This document shows positions 12,519 through 25,680 of a stretch of 64,000 nucleotides of DNA, in pieces. The stretch lies in contig CM052817.1 in the NCBI GenBank assembly GCA_028534125.1, positions 75,022,001 to 75,086,000 of the forward strand, written 5' to 3'. The stretch comes from Lama glama. Lineage: Eukaryota. The notes beneath the pieces are model-generated. The model was not told the DNA's origin, did no database searches, and saw only the letters and a list, made by a program, of their open reading frames with translations. Positions within the stretch are counted from its first letter, which is position 1. Each line of letters opens with the position of its first letter. The translations under genes and the position numbers were made by a program.

Positions 12519-13149
12519 GTAGCTGTGAAATACAGGGTTGGTTTTAACATTAGGAAATGACTCAAAGCTTCCAAAACTATGACAGAGACCTTTAACTGTC
12601 CACCGGATTCCTACTCGTCTTTGCATGGCCCACCCCATCCAACTCTTATAGCCTGATCATTGCTGATTATTTGGGCCCCTCAGGACATAACTCATCGTAA
12701 AGGGACCTTCACAACTCCTCTCATGATGCCATTTTTTCCTGACCGTGTCAGTCACCACATACACTCATGACTCCGAGGACTTTGCTTATCATTCTAGAAA
12801 ATGCTTTTGTGGTCCTATTCTTCACCCTCTCCATCTTTTTTAAACCTTTCACTGTGCTTATCAGAATACATGGTAAATTGCTAGCAAAATTCTTTCCCTA
12901 GGCAGTGAAACTCTTTTCTGAAGGTTTTCTTCATCTTCTAGCTCTGAAACCTTGGACCCCTCTGGTGATTTATTTTTGTTCCCTGTTTTCCTACCACTGG
13001 TTGGAAAGAAGCTTGGTTAGATGTTCTTCTTGTTTCTCATTGTTAATTCTAGACTATTCTCCATTCCTACTCCTGAAAAATCTCTCACTTTTCATCTTGT
13101 CAGCCCATAGCACACACCTCGTCTCCTTGTAGCAGTTGTCAACTAGTGC

Positions 13150-15650
13150 TTGGGTTAGGCTCCTTCAACCCTTGGAATCTTAGTTTCTGGATAATGTTCT
13201 TTTAAAAACTACTAGACATTTTTATAGATGATCCTTCTACCATGGGATACACTCAGTTTTTAAGTCCTCTCTTTAATATTCTTGTCTTTCTCCCTGCCAT
13301 TGCCACTAGTCCCATAGTTATGTGTTAGAGCTTTTCATCATAACAAACAACTGTATAACTGTAACCCATTCGTAACATTCATTTTATATAGTCTGCTATG
13401 CAATATCAATCTCCTATCCTTTTAGCTCAATTCACCTGTCACCCCCAACTTCAAAAATATTTCAACTTTAAGGCATGATCCTTTCACTTTTTACTCTTGA
13501 TCTCATGGCCTCACATCCCTTCCCACCCAGTTTAAATTTCATAATCAATAATTATATTCATTCCATTTAATCTATTCTTAAATCCTTTTATCTTCTCTTA
13601 TTTCATCAGTCACATTTGTCTAAACAACAAGACTAAATTTCACAATTCACCTGCTATTCTGAAGATAGATGAGACTTCACCAAACTAACTGGTCTCCCCT
13701 TAAATTCATGATCAGTAACTTCAAGTGGCCCTTCAATGCTGCTGTCAACCATGCTACATTTTCTTAGTCCATTCATTGTCTCCTCTCCTATATGACTGTT
13801 TTATAACCTTGTCCTCTCTCTTCAAACTTCTGTTTCTTTCCTTTCCCTCACTCTCAGCTGATGATCTTATTTTCTATTACACGGAGAACACAGCAGCAAG
13901 CATAAAGACTTTCCACAAGTACCTACTAGTGCAGGTACTCACTTATGTGAGCAGATGTTTTCCTATGGATGAATCCTCCATTCTAGCCAAGAACAACCCT
14001 CCCCTGTGTATCAGTTCTGGGCTTTATCACCTAATCATTGGAGGCACTGCTTTAATAATATTCTCCTCTGTTCCACAGCCACAGTGCTTTCCTTCTCTAT
14101 TCAATATTCATACTAGTATATAAACATTCTATTATTTTTCTCATGATTCACTTACCCCATAAGCTAGTCCTCCATTTTTTGTCTTTATAGAAAAACTCTT
14201 TAGAATAATGTGTCTAGTTTTCTCTGGAACCTGCTCCAATCAGGCAACCTTCATCATCTTATCAAAACTGCTCAAAAAAATTTATGTTGTGTGATCCAAC
14301 TGTCAGTTCTCACTCCTCACCTTACTTTACCTGTCAGGAGTATTTTACATCACTAATTATCCCATTATCCACACAAAAACTATCTTTACCCAACTTCTAG
14401 GAAATCATATATTTTTGGTTTTCTATAACTTCTTAGTCATATTTTCTGATTTCTTCTCATCTCTCTGTCCTCCAAATGTGGAGTTAAGTTTCCTAGGGCT
14501 TAGCACTTGAACCTAATTTTTATTTGCATTTATTTACCTGGTGACCTCACACTGTTTCATGGTTTTAAACACTGACTAGAGGCTGACTTCAAAATTCACA
14601 TCTCCAACTAAACCTTTTACTTGCTTCTACTTGTATATTCAACTACTATTTGGTATTTCCACTTGGAAATCTAATGGACATCTCAAACTTGAATAAAACC
14701 CAATCTAGTTGCCAGATATTTTCTTAACCTCAAACTGATTCCTCTCAGTTTCCCCAGATAAGTAAATGATAGCATTGTTATTTTATTTGCTTAGGGACAC
14801 ACATATGCACAAACAACCCCCTCCCTACTCCTGGGGTTAGTTGACTCTTCTGTTTCTTTCCCACCAGACCCACTTGATTTTCAATCCACTGGCTCTACCT
14901 GTAAAATATATCTAGAATCTGAACACATCTTAAAATCTTCTCAGCTATCACCCTAGTCCATATTAGCATTATGTCTCCACTGGATTATTGAGATATCCTC
15001 CCATTTGATCTCTGCCTCTACCTTTCCCCATATCAATTTTTTGGCCAGAAGATTCATTTTACAATGTACATCAGGCAAATTGATCCTCTGATCAACCTCC
15101 ACCCTCACAGGGGCTCCCTCGTTTCACTCAGAGTAAGAGTAAAGCCCATAGAGTGGTCTATAGAGTTCTACCTAATCTACCACTTCTCTTTCACTGAACT
15201 CTCAGCATCCACACCGGACTTCTCATGTTCTCTGTGAGCATGCAGTGTTCTTCAGATACCTAGCTCTGGGCCTCTGCACTTGCTGTTTCTTCCATCTAGA
15301 ATACTTGTCCCCAAGTATAAACATGACATACACTCTCATTTCTTTTAGTCCTACTTAAATGTAATATTCTCAGTATATCTGCTTCTGGCCTCCCAATGCA
15401 AAATTGCTAGCCCCCTCCCAACACTTCTTAACCTCTCCTTTTGTTTTTCTTGTGTGTGTGTGTGTGTGTGTGTGTGATTTTAACAACTTATTATACTATA
15501 TCAGTAATATTATTTTTTTTTCTTGTTTATCATTTTCATTAGAATCCAGCCTTTTAATCAGGGATCTTATCTTATTCTCTCTTGTTCTCTTCTATTCTCA
15601 GTGTCTATGCCTTACTTTAAAAGGGAACAGTAGGCAATTGAATTGAAAAG
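13150..15650 (+). mobile_element. Long L2 (L2a-like) LINE relic, ORF2 remnant to 3' end
   Basis: Pyrimidine-rich L2 strand. 'ctctcagctgatgatcttattttctattacacggagaac' translates as LSADDL.FYYTE, like the L2 ORF2 motif. Also 'ccacttggaaatctaatggacatctcaaactt' and 'cactcagagtaagagtaaagcc'. Confidence 0.8.
15451..15476. repeat. (TG)13 microsatellite
   Basis: Seen directly. Confidence 0.95.
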
Positions 15651-15884
15651 AGAGGTAGGCACCAGAAGATAAAGGATGTTATTCAAAATGTTACAGATTT
15701 ACCATTGCCTTAAATATTGGACAACGACTGAAACACTTTAATTTCGAGACTGACATGGTAAATGTTTTTTAAAAAAAAATTTGAGGGAGTATGAGGATAG
15801 ACTGGAGCCATGAGACAAGAGACTAGTTAAGAATTGATTACAATAGTCCAGATGAAGACTTAACAAAATAGAGATAGGGATTTT

Positions 15885-17752
15885 AAAAAGAGCAAGCAAA
15901 GTTTATATGGAAAGCAAGGCTCAGAATAGCCAACACTACACTGAAGAAGAACAAAGTCATAGGACTAACACTAACAAATTTCAAGACTTATGATAAAGCC
16001 ACAGTAATCAAGACAGTGTGATATTGGCAAACAAAAGGATACATAGATCGATGGAACAGAATAGAGAACCTAGGATTAAACCCACACAAAGACAGTCAAC
16101 TAATCTTTTGCAAAGAGCAAAGGCAATTCAGTGGAGAAAGGATAGGTTTTCAATAAATGAAAACAGAACAACTGGACAACCACATGTTAAAAATATACAT
16201 CTACACAGATCTTCTACCCTTCCAAAAAATTAACTCAAAGTGAATCAGAAACATAAATGTAAAATGAAAAAACTATAAAACTCTTAGAAGACAACACAGG
16301 AGAAAATCTAGGTGACCTTGGCTTTGGTGATGACTTTTTTGATACAACACCAAAGGCACAATCCATAAAAGAAAAAAATGGTAAGTTGGACATCATTAAA
16401 ATAAAAGCCTTCTCTGTGAAAGACACTCCCAAGAGAATAAAAAGACAAGCTACGTATATAAATAGATAAAAAAATTTCTTCTGTATAGCACAGGGAAATA
16501 TGTTCCATACTTGTAATAACCTTTAATGAAAAAGAATGTGAAAACGAATATATGTATGTATATGCATGACTGTGACATTAGCTGTACACCAGAAATTGAC
16601 ACTTTGTAACTGACTATACTTCAATTTAAAAAAAGACAAGCTACAGACTGGGAGAAAATAGTTGTAGCAGGCATATCTGATAAAGGACTGTTACTCAAAA
16701 TATACAAAGGACACTTAAAACTCAACAATAAGAAATTTAATAACCTAACTTACAAATGAGCCAAAGACCTGAACAGACACCTCACCAAAGAAAATATACA
16801 GGTGGCAGATAAACATAAGGGAAGATGTTCTGCATCATATGTTATTAGGAAACTGTATGTTAAAATGGCAATGAGGTACCACTACACACTGTTAGAATAG
16901 CTAAAATCCCAAACAGTGGCAACACCACATGCTGGAGAAAGATGTGGAGCAACAGGAAGTCTCATTCATTGCTGGTGGGAATGCACAGTGGTACAGACAC
17001 TTTGGAAGACACTATGACAGTTTCTTACAAAACTAAACATAATCTTTTATGATCCAGCAGTTGAGCAACTTGTTATTTGCCCAAAAATGTTGAAAATTCC
17101 CATCCACAAGAAAACCCCTGTACAGATGTTTATTGCAGTTTTACTCAGAGTTCCCCAAACTTGGAAACAGCCAAGATGTCCTTCAGTAAATGAATGGATA
17201 AAAAAATAAACTTTGGTACATTTGTACCAAATAATGAAATAATGGACTGTTATTCAGCATTGAAAAGAACTGAGCTATCAAACCACATAAATATATGGAG
17301 AAATCCAACATGCACATTACCAAGTGAAAGAAGCCAGTTATAAAAGGCTACATACAGTACAATTCCAACTACATGACAAATGGAAAAGGCAAAACTATAC
17401 AGACACTAAAAAGACCGGTAGTTGTCAGTTGGGGGAAGAGGTAAGGAGGGATGAGCAGGTGGAGGACAGGGATATTTAGGGCAGTGAAACTATTCCATGT
17501 GATACTGCAACAATGAATACATTTATTACACACTTGTCAAACTCCAGAGAATATACAGAACCAAGAATAAACCCTAATATAAACTAAGGACTTTAGTGAA
17601 AATGATGTGTCAATGTAGGCCCATCAATTGTAAGGAATGTTGGCAGTGAGGGAGGTGAGCATGTGTATGTATCCCTGTTGTGGGGGGTGTATGGAACTCT
17701 GTGTACTTTCTGATCATTTTTGCTGCTCTAAAAAGTAAAGTGCATTTTTTTA
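15885..17752 (+). mobile_element. L1MC1-like LINE 3' portion (ORF2 C-terminus and 3' UTR)
   Basis: ORF2 relics ('aagccacagtaatcaagacagtgtgatattggc', 'tggaacagaatagagaacc', 'acagacacctcaccaaagaa'). The 3' UTR ('ggcaaaactatacagacactaaaagaccggtagttgtcag', 'tttagggcagtgaaactatt', 'aaccctaatataaacta') is typical of L1MC1. Confidence 0.85.
16454..16629 (+). mobile_element. Younger lineage-specific L1 3' end nested inside L1MC
   Basis: 'ctgtatagcacagggaa...gctgtacaccagaaattgacac...gactatacttcaat'. Perfect 15-bp TSD aaaaagacaagctac at 16439-16453 and 16630-16644. Confidence 0.9.
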
Positions 17753-18324
17753 AGTGTAAGAAGTTTCACAGCATTTATACATAATTTTCTAGCTCTTATA
17801 TATTTGTAGCCCCATTTGGGTAGCACAGTTAGATGCATTTAAGAAGCACAATATAAGAGTTACAGTAATTTATTTGAAAAAAATTACGTTCTTCACTCAC
17901 ATTTTCTAAACAGCATTAGAGTTCCAATTCATAAAACAAAATGACATTTCTAAAATGTTGGTGTTCCTACTTTCAATTTTCTTGTACCCCAAAGCTACTG
18001 TGGAAATCCCACATGACAAAATTTCCTTTCTGCCAACTGATTCACTATTTCTTCTTTTCCCTTTCCTCTTACTCATTTCCTTTAAGACTCTATTATATTG
18101 ATCAATTAACTTTATACTCAGAAAATGAAGTATTTTTCTCTTAAGGGGGAAAATGGAATGGGTGAATGTTTTACTCTGTTGGAGGGGCAATATTGTGAAC
18201 ATCCTCATATGAATTCTTTTTATTCTGTCACATAAGAAAGAGAAACTTCATGACATGGTATTTGAATTTCATGACTTGGTATTTGAATGGAGAGGGGAAA
18301 AAATCTCCAAAAGACTTCAGACTT

Positions 18325-19140
18325 TCACATTCATTGATTCAATATTTACTAAATGCTTACCAAGTAACAGCTGCACTATTCACCTGATAAACATTGCTTC
18401 TTCTCTCTCAAAGCAGTGGAAATCTATTCTATGACACATTTGAGTAAAAAGGCAATTGCAATAGACCATGACAGGTGCGATAATAGAAAAAGTAAAAAGT
18501 TATATGGAAGCAGAAAAGATGTGGGTAGAGAAAATAAGTGGAATGCAATACATTTTTTTGGAAATGTCTATGAGATATTCAAAAACAATGTCCACTAGGC
18601 TGTTAAATATATCAGAATAGAATTTAAGGTCTATGCTGGAATGGTATGTTAAAGGGTAGAGGTCTACCATTAAAACCTTTGACATGGCTTGAATTATGGT
18701 TAGAGAAAGAGAGCCATGAAAGCTACAGGCAAAGGGACACAAATGTGTCTCATCAAGAAGTGAATACTATAAATGAATCAAGAAATACAACAGAAAAATT
18801 GACCTTGACTTTGATGACCTTAACAAAATGTCCAGTGTGTAGTGAAGTCAAGTAAAAGATTAAGCTAAGTTGAGAAGGAAGTATGTGGTGAACAAGTTAA
18901 GAATAACTGCAAGTAAAAAGAAAAAGCAAAAGAGTTAATAGAAACATAAACTTGTTGCCAAGTGAAAACTGTAACGGTGTGCTGAGATTTCAGGGAAATG
19001 AGAGAGTCCTATGGACTTGACGTAATTAGGAGAGGACTCAGAGAAGGAAGAATGAGAGGATTTGGATTTTAGGGGGGAGGGAAGAGATCTGAAACAGAGA
19101 AGAAAACAAGAGCCAGGACCAGGCAGGGGAATGACATGCC
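18325..19140 (-). mobile_element. Fragmented L2 relics
   Basis: 'cattcattgattcaatatttactaaatgcttac' (reverse L2 tail) and purine-rich L2 antisense segments. Confidence 0.45.
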
Positions 19141-22019
19141 GATTTTGCCCTTAGAATTCCAATATAGTATTAATTTTTTGGTATTTTTCTTCCAACATTT
19201 TAGTTAAATCAACTTACAGCCAATGACAATAAAGTGACTGCCATCAACTGATAATTGCTTTGGGTTAGCTCAATAATCATTCTTTAAATACTGTTACTAT
19301 ATTTAATATTGATCTGCATCCTTGTTAATTATCTCAGCAGACAATCGTGGAAGCAGTTATCCATGAAACATAAAATACTCACTTAGCTCTCCTATTCTTA
19401 CAGGTAAGAAAACTATAAGATATAGAGATGAATGAATGAAATTACCATATGAGAGCTTCTTGACCTATGAATGCATAGAGGAGAGAGAAAAAGAATTTTG
19501 CTTGATATTTAGTATCAAAGTTTAATTTCAAGAAATCACAAAGGGATTTATTAAACTATAAATTACTTAAAAATTTATATTGTCTTTATTTGTGACTTTA
19601 ATGTGTTACTAATAGTATTACAACTTATGTTCACAAGTTACATAAAAATCCAGAGTCTCTCAGAATCTATACTTTCAATATTTTAATTATTCTCCCTTTG
19701 AATTGAAGTATTACTTTATCATTATTGATAGGATTTGCCTACAGTAGAAGTAACAAAAGATTACTATCTCCTAAAATTCATTTCAACAACCACTTTTCTA
19801 CCACTGACTTTCTTATCTAGAGACTCTTAAAGGACTCAATACATAAATGCCTGGAGAAAATTTAGATTGTTTTTGGGCAGTATAACTGAAGTCTATTATC
19901 TAGTTTATAGGAAGTTCTAGTAGGTTTTTTTTTCATTATATTATCTCACTATCAGGATATTATCTGTGTAACATTATATACTACTGATTTTGAGCTGCTT
20001 GCAATGGAAATATAAATAAACTCTTTTTAAAAGGACACTCTTTATCCTGTGTACAAACAGCTATAAATTTTAGTTATTGAGATTATTTTTTTAAAGAACT
20101 CCAGGAATGAATAAGCGGAGAATTTAATGCACAGAAAAGTGAAGACACCTGTCCAATCACACAGCTGATGTGAGCCCACATTTTCTGACTGATTCTAGGT
20201 GTCCTCCTCCTTTACAGCTTATCTGTAGCCACACCCTACATGGCAAGAGGTAGAATTTCATTGCTATAAACAAGAGATATAAAGAACTTTATTGAAATGG
20301 AAATACTGAGCTTTTTTTTTTTGCTGATCTATTTCCTAACTGGCTTTTCTATATCTTATAGTTACTATTTCCACTGTTTACTTATTTTTCTCTCTCAGAG
20401 CTTCTTCATTTTACACAGCACAAAACAGTCAGATAGTCCTTTACCAAAGACAGACATGCTCCATTCAGTTTCACTGGTAATCTGTGTCTATTTTTTTTAC
20501 ATAATTGCTTTGTATTTTATGTTATTTTAACTTTTAGATACTGCAGAGTAAAACACCAGCTTGGCCATCAACCAGAAATAACATGACTGGTCACACATAA
20601 ATACATTCCATATAGAAGTTCATCTTCCCACCCAAACTGATTCAGGATACACAATTCTCAAAGTTTGGAAAAAGCTCATGATAAAAACTCATGAGAAGAG
20701 ACTTGGAAAGATTTCAAGCATTCTGCTTCTTGTCAGAGGCAACATTTTTTGAGAGGCTCCTATTTTAATACTCGATGAGTGGAATCTAGAATTATTACAA
20801 ACAGTATTATGAATGCTTTAAAAGGATGTTAGGCACTGTACCAATATAATCACTTACCAAGCTTATTTGGTAAAAAATACTGGGAGATCATGAAATGTAG
20901 AATATTTTGTTGATCTTCAAAATATCTTTGGGAGAAAAGAACAGGAGGAGTGAAAGTGATCTTGTGCTAAATGTGCAAGCCGTAAGGTCAATTTAAGATA
21001 CCAACACATGTGTGGTAAAACTGAAAATATAATCGGTATCTTTTTATTCTCAGTCTGGGTCAACATTAGTAATTTAGAGAAGTTCAGTCTATTGTCCAAA
21101 GGCATCTGTGGAAGGAAGGCCTGCCATGAGTAGGAGTAAGATGGGGGTTACCAAGCTCTCTTGTGTTTCTCATTGTTGGGCTACAAGCAATGTGGATAAT
21201 AACCAGTCTGCTCACCTCAAAGCTGGCTCCAGCAGTTGGTTAGAAACTTGTTCAATAAATTTCAAGGAAAACAACTGGGTAAAATTACGTAGCAGCATAA
21301 TTTTCACATGTTTACATGGTTTCCACGTGTAAAACAAAACCATTTTTGTCATTTTCCCTATTCTTTCTTTTCCCCAAAGATATTCTGAAGATCAACAAAA
21401 TGTTTTACATGCCATACGTTCCCAGTATTTTCTACCAAATAGGCTTCCTGAGAGAATTATTTTGATTCAGTGCCTAGCATCCTTTTAAAACATTCGTAAG
21501 TAACTTTTGTAAAAATTCTAGGAAATATGTCAATATAGACACCACATGAAATAGTTCTTAGTGTTTTACTAGAGAAAATTGCAAGTGAAGTAACATTTGT
21601 ATTTGTTTTAGTTCTATCCAGTTTCAGTTTCTGAAACTTTGCCTTATCTTCTTCCAATCCCACATTTTTCCTTACTTCAGCATGCCAGAAAATTAAGACA
21701 AACTGTTTGGCACCTTTTTCTGATAGTAGTTTCTTCTGGTTAATGGTCTGTCTCCCTTAAGATATTTGAATCTCAGTTAATTTTCAAAACTGTGTGGAGT
21801 CAGATTGAACTGTTGACCAATGAAGTTTGATCCTTTAAGATGGATTTAATATTGTTAATATTCAAATATGTGATCAAAAATACAGTAAAGACAGTGCAAA
21901 ATGTGATTTCGACCATTATCTCCAAGTGAAGAAGTCAATACTCATCACTCAAGTGTTTGTTTAAATCAGTACAAAATGCTCCATTGCAGGCCACAGTCAG
22001 AGTACTGACGCATGTAAGT

Positions 22020-22240
22020 AATAATTACTTCTACTATTTTAACACCTTTCATGCTTCCAAAATTGCACTCGGAACTTTATGCTTATTGTCATATTTAGCT
22101 TTCCCAGCAATTCTATGAAGTAGTTATTATTCTTTATATTTAAAAAAAGTATATTATTATTTGCAGATCATGAATCTGAGGCCCAGAAGGGTTAATTAGC
22201 TTTGTTAAGGTTATATTACAAGATTCTAACTCTAGCTTTG
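22020..22240 (-). mobile_element. MIR SINE
   Basis: 'cagcaattctatgaagtagttattatt...tttgcagatcatgaatctgaggcccagaagggttaattagctttgttaaggtta' is the MIR core in reverse. Confidence 0.7.
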
Positions 22241-22669
22241 GTGGAATTTAACATTACCTCCTGTCTTCTGTGTTGTAATGCCACTTCACATTTAAATAAA
22301 TTCAGTTTGATAATATGACTGCAACTCTTCTCTAACAAGACTCATATGTCACAATGAAGCCAAACAATCTTTATAATCCTTATCACTTAGAAGTTCATGG
22401 AAACCAGAAGTATCTTTCTCACTCATGCACCTAATCTTTCGATATTTTCTTCCTTGGATAGGCTCAAATGAGGAGTTAAACCAATATGTTTAAATTAAAA
22501 AAAAATCAATTCATTGCTCAATTAAGAAATTTATCATTTCATTTTCTTTAAGAGCTTATGCACTTTTTAAAATGACCTTTTTAAGAAAAGTTGCTTTTAT
22601 GCTCTAGGACACAGACTGATTAATACAAATATTCCTGAATGTAATTTTACCTAATCATTATTTACTTGA

Positions 22670-23245
22670 ATTTTGTTGACCAGTCTTCTAACTAAATGCT
22701 AGAACTGCATTTGAAGTGGGCAGATTGTTTACTCTAAAGCCTTATCCACACTCCTTACAGTCACATGATGAAAAACTCAAGACACTTTGGTAGCCACATT
22801 TGTCTACACATGGCAGACTTTCCTTCCACAGAAGTCTTCTGGATAAGTAGCACTCCAACCTGTGATTGCTCTGTCTGACTGAAACCTCATTGATTTTCAG
22901 GATGTACAGTTTCTCTTGATATTGGACAGAAACTACATCCCAATATATTTCATATTAGTCTGCTGGTGCCACATACTATAAAGCAAATTCCATTTTCATT
23001 AAGAAAAAAATCCTGCAACATATAACGGTACCTATACTGTTTCTCCATAGTCTTTTCTTCCTTATATATCATATCAAGATTTCTTCAACTTTTGTTCACC
23101 TGACAGGCTACCCAGAGGTCACATTTTACATTCATCACATTTGACATTTATCACACTCTTGCTATCTGCCTCTTGGTCAAACACTCTCTAAGCATTCATG
23201 CTATCAAGTTTTTTGGTTAAATGAGGGGTGGTGCTAAACACATAA
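22670..23245 (-). mobile_element. Possible L3/CR1 LINE relic
   Basis: Weak resemblance to reverse CR1/L3 ORF2 sequence ('tttggttaaatgaggggtggtgctaaacacataata'). Very decayed. Confidence 0.3.
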
Positions 23246-25462
23246 TAATTACATCACAAGGTAATAGGCACTGTGATACAATCATGAGAATAGAGAAAGG
23301 ACAGTGGTCCACCCGGCAGGGAAAGGAAGCTCAGAGAAGACTGCTCCTGACATGAGGCATCAGGAACCTGAGATGGGCAAGCAGGCCAAATGATGTCAGA
23401 CCTGTGCTAACTAGGATCACTGTGTCTTTGCTCTTGGTGCTGTGATTCTGTTAATTCAGTTTAAGGTTGATTAGCATCGTATTAGCCTTATTATACTTTT
23501 GCTTCTTGTTGACTTTCACATACTTTTGTAATTGATGGAATGTTTTTTAAAAATTCAGTAATTACATTTATCCCTCTGTAAGTTCATTATGCTAAGTCCA
23601 TTGTTCCAGCCAACTGAGTGATGATTTGGAATATGACTTCTTACACCCACCAATTTGTGAGAATGAGATAGGGGACCAGTTCTTCTGTTGCTTGAATTTA
23701 AATAATAGCATTAACTTTCAGGCACTAGAAAAAAAAATACAATAATTTGAGATAATCTACTCACACACTACTTGTTAAATACCTTGGAATGTAAAAAGTA
23801 GACGTAAAGTTGAGAATTACATTTTCTAAAACACATTGGTCTTTCCATTTTCCAGGGAAAGTAACAGTAAACCATGTGTCATACCCCAAACTCTACCAGA
23901 CGATTTCACAGAATCAAGGAGAATAATCAAAAGGCGGAGTCAAAATTCAGCTTGTCAGCTTGCATATTACAAGAAGTTGCTAGTCCTCATTACATTTTGT
24001 CTACAAAATGAAGCAATGTTCTTACTTTGGCATATAGTCTATGGTAAATAGACTTTCTGAGTCTCAGTTTATCAGAACTGTACTTCCTGATCAGCTTTCT
24101 AGCTTTCACCTACACCCTTGAACCTAGCACCTTGTTCATCTCATAGAACAAAACAGCCTCACCACAGGGTCTTTATTTGTTTACTCCCCTCCTTCTCCCA
24201 CCAGAATGCAAGTCTCCTGAGAGCTGTTTTGTTCAGTCTCGTATTTTCAACGGTGTCATGTTAAAAATAATAGGTATATTTATTATTTTTATCACTATGA
24301 ACATTACTGAACAAAAATGATAAGCTGTTTTTTTCTGTTTAAAGTGAAAAATATGTCCAGATGGAGAAAGAGAATAACCTAAATACTAAATTGAGTTCAA
24401 CTTCGACTGACCAATTTAGGCATCTTTTCCGTGGTTATTAAAAAAGTGCCCTATTTCAAGGAAAGTGGCTTCACAAGCTGAGATTATCAGGAAACATAAT
24501 AGTTGAAATGAATTAATAAGTGTAATTTTATTGCCTGGGTTTGACTTTATGTATTATTTACTGTGTATTATGTATTATAGTATCTGAAATCTCAATTGGA
24601 TTGACATAACTATTTGTGAAAGACTGGTTGGGAAACAAATGAAATTTAATTCAAATTCTAATTATTCATTTGCACTTTAGAGTAATGAATAGAATTAGGA
24701 CTTTTATATGCGTTCAAAGGAGCATATGCATTTCTGCATCTGTTTCCTTTTCCTGTATTAATCTTTGTCGCTATATTTATTTCTGAGGTTTAAATTATTT
24801 TTATGTAGGCGTGAAAGACTATTCAGTACATCAGGAAGAAGAACTCTTTCGAGATGTCTGATGAAATACGACAAATTCTGTGGATCAGCAGTCTACAATT
24901 GAATTTCTGATTCAGGAATGGAGTCAAGCCAAAGCATCTTAATGTACAAAATAGCTTTCTCTTCTCTCTTTTTCTTCCATTAGCACATGGCAGTCGGCCT
25001 TTAGGCTGTATATGAATGTTACTATGTTTAAACTATTAAATATAAAAATGATTTATGGGGGTTTAAAATACCATCATAAAGATTATTTCCATTTATTGTT
25101 ATTTTATTTTTGCCACTAAGCTGCATTTACTGCATGAAAAAATTTCCACTGGCGATGAAAGGGAAGCATATGGAAAGAGAGCAAAAGATTCTACTTAAAG
25201 AATTTAGTCAATTAAATGGAAATTCATAGGTAGAAGAACAGGTACTATTTTAAGGTGAACATCACTACTTCTCTGACATGAATTTCCCATCCTATCTTAC
25301 CTTTCTTTTATGGTTTCGCGTATCTGACCCCCTTTCTCTGTGCCTTTTTCCCCACCCATTCCCATGTTCTGACCTGGCCTTCAGATGAATAATACCTGAT
25401 GTATTAACACGAGTGCTGTGCTCCTGGACTTTGCACAACAGCCTTTGAGCTGAAGTGGCAAA

Positions 25463-25680
25463 AGTCAAGAGAGAGAAGAAAGGAGGGAATGAGGAAGGAA
25501 GGGTAGGAGGGAGACAGGGAGAGAGGAAGGAAGGAAAGAAAGAAAAGGAAGAAGTGGGGAGAGAGGGAAGAGGGGGGACAAGAAGAAAGGAGGAAAAGGG
25601 AAGGGAAGAGAGAGGAAGAAAAAGGAAAGAAGGAGGAAAAGGAGGAAAAGAAAAGGAGAAAAAAGTGAGGGAAAAGAGAT
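25463..25680 (+). repeat. Polypurine (GA-rich) low-complexity tract
   Basis: ~220 bp almost entirely G/A (GGAA, GAGG, GAAA units). Confidence 0.9.

Noticed and set aside
13725..14123. Longest ORF (132 aa)
   Set aside because: Lies within decayed L2 ORF2 and has a non-ATG start.
24780..24960. Plus-strand acceptor-like site (ttttatgtag) with exon-like composition
   Set aside because: No donor or sustained open frame. It may be conserved non-coding DNA, but that cannot be shown from sequence alone.
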